Below, piece after piece: positions 63,514-64,000 of a stretch of 64,000 nucleotides of DNA (positions within the stretch are counted from its first letter, which is position 1; the number at the start of each line of letters is the position of its first letter). Under the pieces are notes generated by a model, which worked only from the letters and a program-made list of their open reading frames with translations, had not been told where the DNA came from and searched no databases. The DNA is from Myxococcota bacterium. Lineage in GTDB: Bacteria > Myxococcota_A > UBA9160 > UBA6930. The DNA lies in the NCBI GenBank assembly GCA_965223415.1, contig OZ245002.1:1440001-1504000 (forward strand). The letters are read 5' to 3'. Position numbers and translations under genes: made by a program.

Positions 63514-64000
63514 CTAGAGAGGCGGTCGCGCTCCGGCTTCCCGGAGCTCGGATGGCCCGCACGACCCGCGGGCGAGCGGGCCGGCGTCGCGCCGGTCGCG
63601 CTCGGCCCACGCCGCGTCGAAGCGCCCCTGCCACTCGCGCTGGTTGTGCAGGGCGTCACGGATGAAGGGGCTGAGCTTGATCGCCCGCAGGAAGCTCCGC
63701 CCCACGAACGAGCCCAGGAGCCGCGTCGGGCGCCGGAAGTGGACGAGCAGGACGACCCGGGCCTCTTCGGTCCGGTTGAAGGCGGAGTGGTGGCGGGTGT
63801 CGTCGAAGATCAGCGTGCGGCCGGCTTCCCACTGCGCCTCGCGTCCCTCCACGGTGAGACCGCACTCGCCCTCGGGAACGTGCAGGCCGAGGTGACAGGT
63901 GAGCAGCGCCTTCGTCGGACCGCGATGGGGCGAGAGCCGGCTGCCGGGGAGGAGGATGGAGAAGAAGGCGCTCTCCAAGGCCGGGATCGCGTCGACCAGA
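63514..64000 (-). CDS. Aspartyl/asparaginyl beta-hydroxylase domain protein (LpxO-like), 5'-truncated by window edge
   Basis: AFFSILLPG..L.PHRG, HLGL, FDDTRHHSAFN, RVVL. Confidence 0.85.
   Translation of the reverse strand, partial: LVDAIPALESAFFSILLPGSRLSPHRGPTKALLTCHLGLHVPEGECGLTVEGREAQWEAGRTLIFDDTRHHSAFNRTEEARVVLLVHFRRPTRLLGSFVGRSFLRAIKLSPFIRDALHNQREWQGRFDAAWAERDRRDAGPLARGSCGPSELREAGARPPL

Overview
A very GC-rich bacterial chromosomal window with about 58 densely packed genes. Domain content (a receiver-DUF4388-like-DnaJ-TPR protein, a Cys/Asp-repeat phosphatase with a CGLG-TM-RRR tail, a long-form HflX) suggests Myxococcota or a related lineage; this is inference. Most genes are housekeeping: uvrA, pcrA/uvrD, rmuC, gatCAB, mtnA, ilvE, glmU-glmS, hflX, fabH-like, ddl, larE, hslO, lutABC, gluQ and a DEAD-box helicase. 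No rRNA, tRNA or CRISPR array was recognised. Product calls come from motif recognition only; no database searches were run. The most notable feature is a complete 1215-bp insertion element (5434-6648). It has 25-bp TG...CA inverted repeats and a 5-bp CAGGC target duplication that forms the loop of a hairpin at the empty site. Its IS1-like transposase appears to carry a DDD rather than DDE triad, a combination that does not fit canonical IS1. Other notable items: a perfect 35-bp inverted REP-like doublet that supplies a gene's tail and stop codon; an IS5 left-end relic beside a candidate secreted metalloprotease/inhibitor pair; a likely ATC start for hflX; a PspA module facing a two-component system; a self-regulated ribbon-helix-helix protein; a catalytically degenerate C45-like gene coupled to larE; and a 32-bp duplication of a gene's 3' end.
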